DNA of 15,933 nucleotides from a virus (Duplodnaviria; Heunggongvirae; Uroviricota; Caudoviricetes): IMG/VR virus record IMGVR_UViG_2667527666_000007; one strand, 5' to 3'. Shown piece by piece: positions 14,473 to 15,933 of this stretch (position 1 is its first letter; each line of letters starts with the position of its first letter). The notes under the pieces were generated by a model. It saw only the letters and a program-made list of their open reading frames with translations, ran no database searches and was not told where the DNA came from. The position numbers and the translations under genes were made by a program.

Positions 14473-15933
14473 TTATTCATCTTTCGGCGCAGAATGCTGG
14501 CGACCAAAAATCACCTCCATCCGCGCACCGCCCAGCATGCTCTCTCCGGCGACGATTTTACCCTCATATTGCTCGGTGATTTCGCGGGCTACCGCCAGCC
14601 CTACACCTTGCCCAGGGCGTAAAGTATCAACCCGTTGACCACGGTCGAAAATGACCTCTCGCTTGCTTAATGGAATACCGGGGCCATCATCCTCGACCAC
14701 AATATAGAGATGCTCGTCGGTTTGCCTTGCAGAAATTTCGACAAACTCGAGGCAATATTTACAGGCATTATCCAGCACGTTGCCCATCACCTCGACAAAA
14801 TCGTTCTGCTCACCGACAAAGCTGATCTCTGGCGAAATATCGAGAGAGATATTGACCCCTTTGCGTTGATACACTTTGTTCAGCGCTGAGGTGAGATTGT
14901 CCAGCAGTGGGGCGACCGGATGCAGCTCGCGGCTGAGCAATGTCCCGCCGCGCATACTGGCACGATGCAGGTAGTAGCCAATTTGCTGTGAAATGCGGCT
15001 GATTTGCTCCAGCATTACCGGCTCAGCATCACTGACGCTCATCTTTTCACTACGCAGAGAACGCAGCGTACTTTGCAGCACCGCCAGTGGCGTTTTCAGA
15101 CTATGGGTCAGGTCGGTGAGCGTCGTACGGTATTTGTCGTAACGTTCGCGTTCACTTTTTAACAATCGGTTCAGGTTTCGTACCAGACTGGTCAGTTCTC
15201 GCGTTGTGGCTGGATTGAGCAATTCGCGGTTATGTTCTTCCAGTTCGCGGACTTCTTTTGCCAGGGCTTCGATGGGGCGTAAACTCCACCAGGCGGCGAC
15301 CCACAGCAGCGGGATCACTAACAGCAGATTGGCTGAGAGCACATAGATAAACCAGCTCCAGACCATATAGGAACTTTTTAGCTCCACCGGAATGGTATCC
15401 ACCACCACAATGGTTAATTTTGGCATCCGCGATGTTGCCGGGTAGACGTTTACTGCCACCGAGTGGGTCATCTCCGCGTCGTCATCATCTTCCCGCACTT
15501 CCTGCAACTGTTGCTGTATCGAATGATCTCCACTCAGCAAGAGGCTGGTATCGTTAACATCCGCTTCAATTTCATGAAAACCATTCGATTTCAGCCAGTC
15601 AGGCTGGATCATCTTCATCAGCCAGGGCACGTCACGTTGCGCCCATAAAAGCTGCCCGTTCTCATCATAAATTAGCGTCATGGTGGGGCTTTGCTTGTCG
15701 ATATTTTCGGGTAACTCGACATGCAACTTATTGTTTTCCCACTTCGCAAGGGTATAGAACAGATTGCTCTCGCCACGTAACAGCCGAAACGTAGTTTTAT
15801 CGAAACTGACGCTATAACCGATCAGCGCGACCATTCCGTAGGCAAGCGAAAGCACCAGTACTACCGCTGCCGTTGCCAACAGAAAACGTACCCGCAGCGA
15901 GAGCGGGAAAAAAAGACGCAGTAATTTTTTCAT
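14473..15933 (-). CDS. phoQ: Sensor histidine kinase PhoQ (486 aa), chromosomal
   Basis: Full-length minus-strand ORF starting at the window end: N-terminal membrane anchor, periplasmic sensor region with acidic patch EDDDDAE, second transmembrane segment, H-box [12 protein letters not shown] and ATP-binding motifs ([15 protein letters not shown]). Recognised as enterobacterial PhoQ; phoP would lie beyond the window end. Confidence 0.95.
   Translation of the reverse strand: MKKLLRLFFPLSLRVRFLLATAAVVLVLSLAYGMVALIGYSVSFDKTTFRLLRGESNLFYTLAKWENNKLHVELPENIDKQSPTMTLIYDENGQLLWAQRDVPWLMKMIQPDWLKSNGFHEIEADVNDTSLLLSGDHSIQQQLQEVREDDDDAEMTHSVAVNVYPATSRMPKLTIVVVDTIPVELKSSYMVWSWFIYVLSANLLLVIPLLWVAAWWSLRPIEALAKEVRELEEHNRELLNPATTRELTSLVRNLNRLLKSERERYDKYRTTLTDLTHSLKTPLAVLQSTLRSLRSEKMSVSDAEPVMLEQISRISQQIGYYLHRASMRGGTLLSRELHPVAPLLDNLTSALNKVYQRKGVNISLDISPEISFVGEQNDFVEVMGNVLDNACKYCLEFVEISARQTDEHLYIVVEDDGPGIPLSKREVIFDRGQRVDTLRPGQGVGLAVAREITEQYEGKIVAGESMLGGARMEVIFGRQHSAPKDE

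Noticed and set aside
14438..15648. Plus-strand ORFs antisense to phoQ (14438..14638, 15463..15648)
   Set aside because: Antisense to a confidently identified full-length conserved gene.

Overview
The window is almost entirely one integrated phage-satellite-like mobile element (about 14.3 kb, position 1 to roughly 14350) lying next to the 3' end of the chromosomal sensor kinase gene phoQ (minus strand, 14473-15933; recognised as Escherichia-type PhoQ). The element's left end and left att site lie outside the window. Gene order, all rightward unless noted: P4-family tyrosine integrase; AlpA/Vis-family regulator; a leftward pair of tiny genes (an Arc-type ribbon-helix-helix protein below the ORF-track size cutoff, plus a small basic protein) with twin palindromic operators; an Icd-like small protein and two AT-richer unknowns; a primase-helicase followed by a 9-bp iteron array (probable ori); a small ORF, an SSB-like protein with an IPF tail, a PerC-family regulator, and a small ORF bracketed by two near-identical terminators. 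Then comes a complete HK97-type head plus cos-type packaging module in the order major capsid, prohead protease, portal, head-closure, gp6-like connector, HNH endonuclease, TerS, TerL. There are no tail, tail-fibre or lysis genes. This matches the described capsid-forming PICI (cf-PICI) class of satellites rather than a new system. The parts not explained by that model are a three-decamer repeat element present at three operon boundaries, a dense palindrome cluster between TerL and phoQ, a candidate cos region between HNH and TerS, and several cargo genes of unknown function. All calls are from reading the sequence and ORF translations by eye; no searches were run, so family assignments rest on recognised motifs and gene order.
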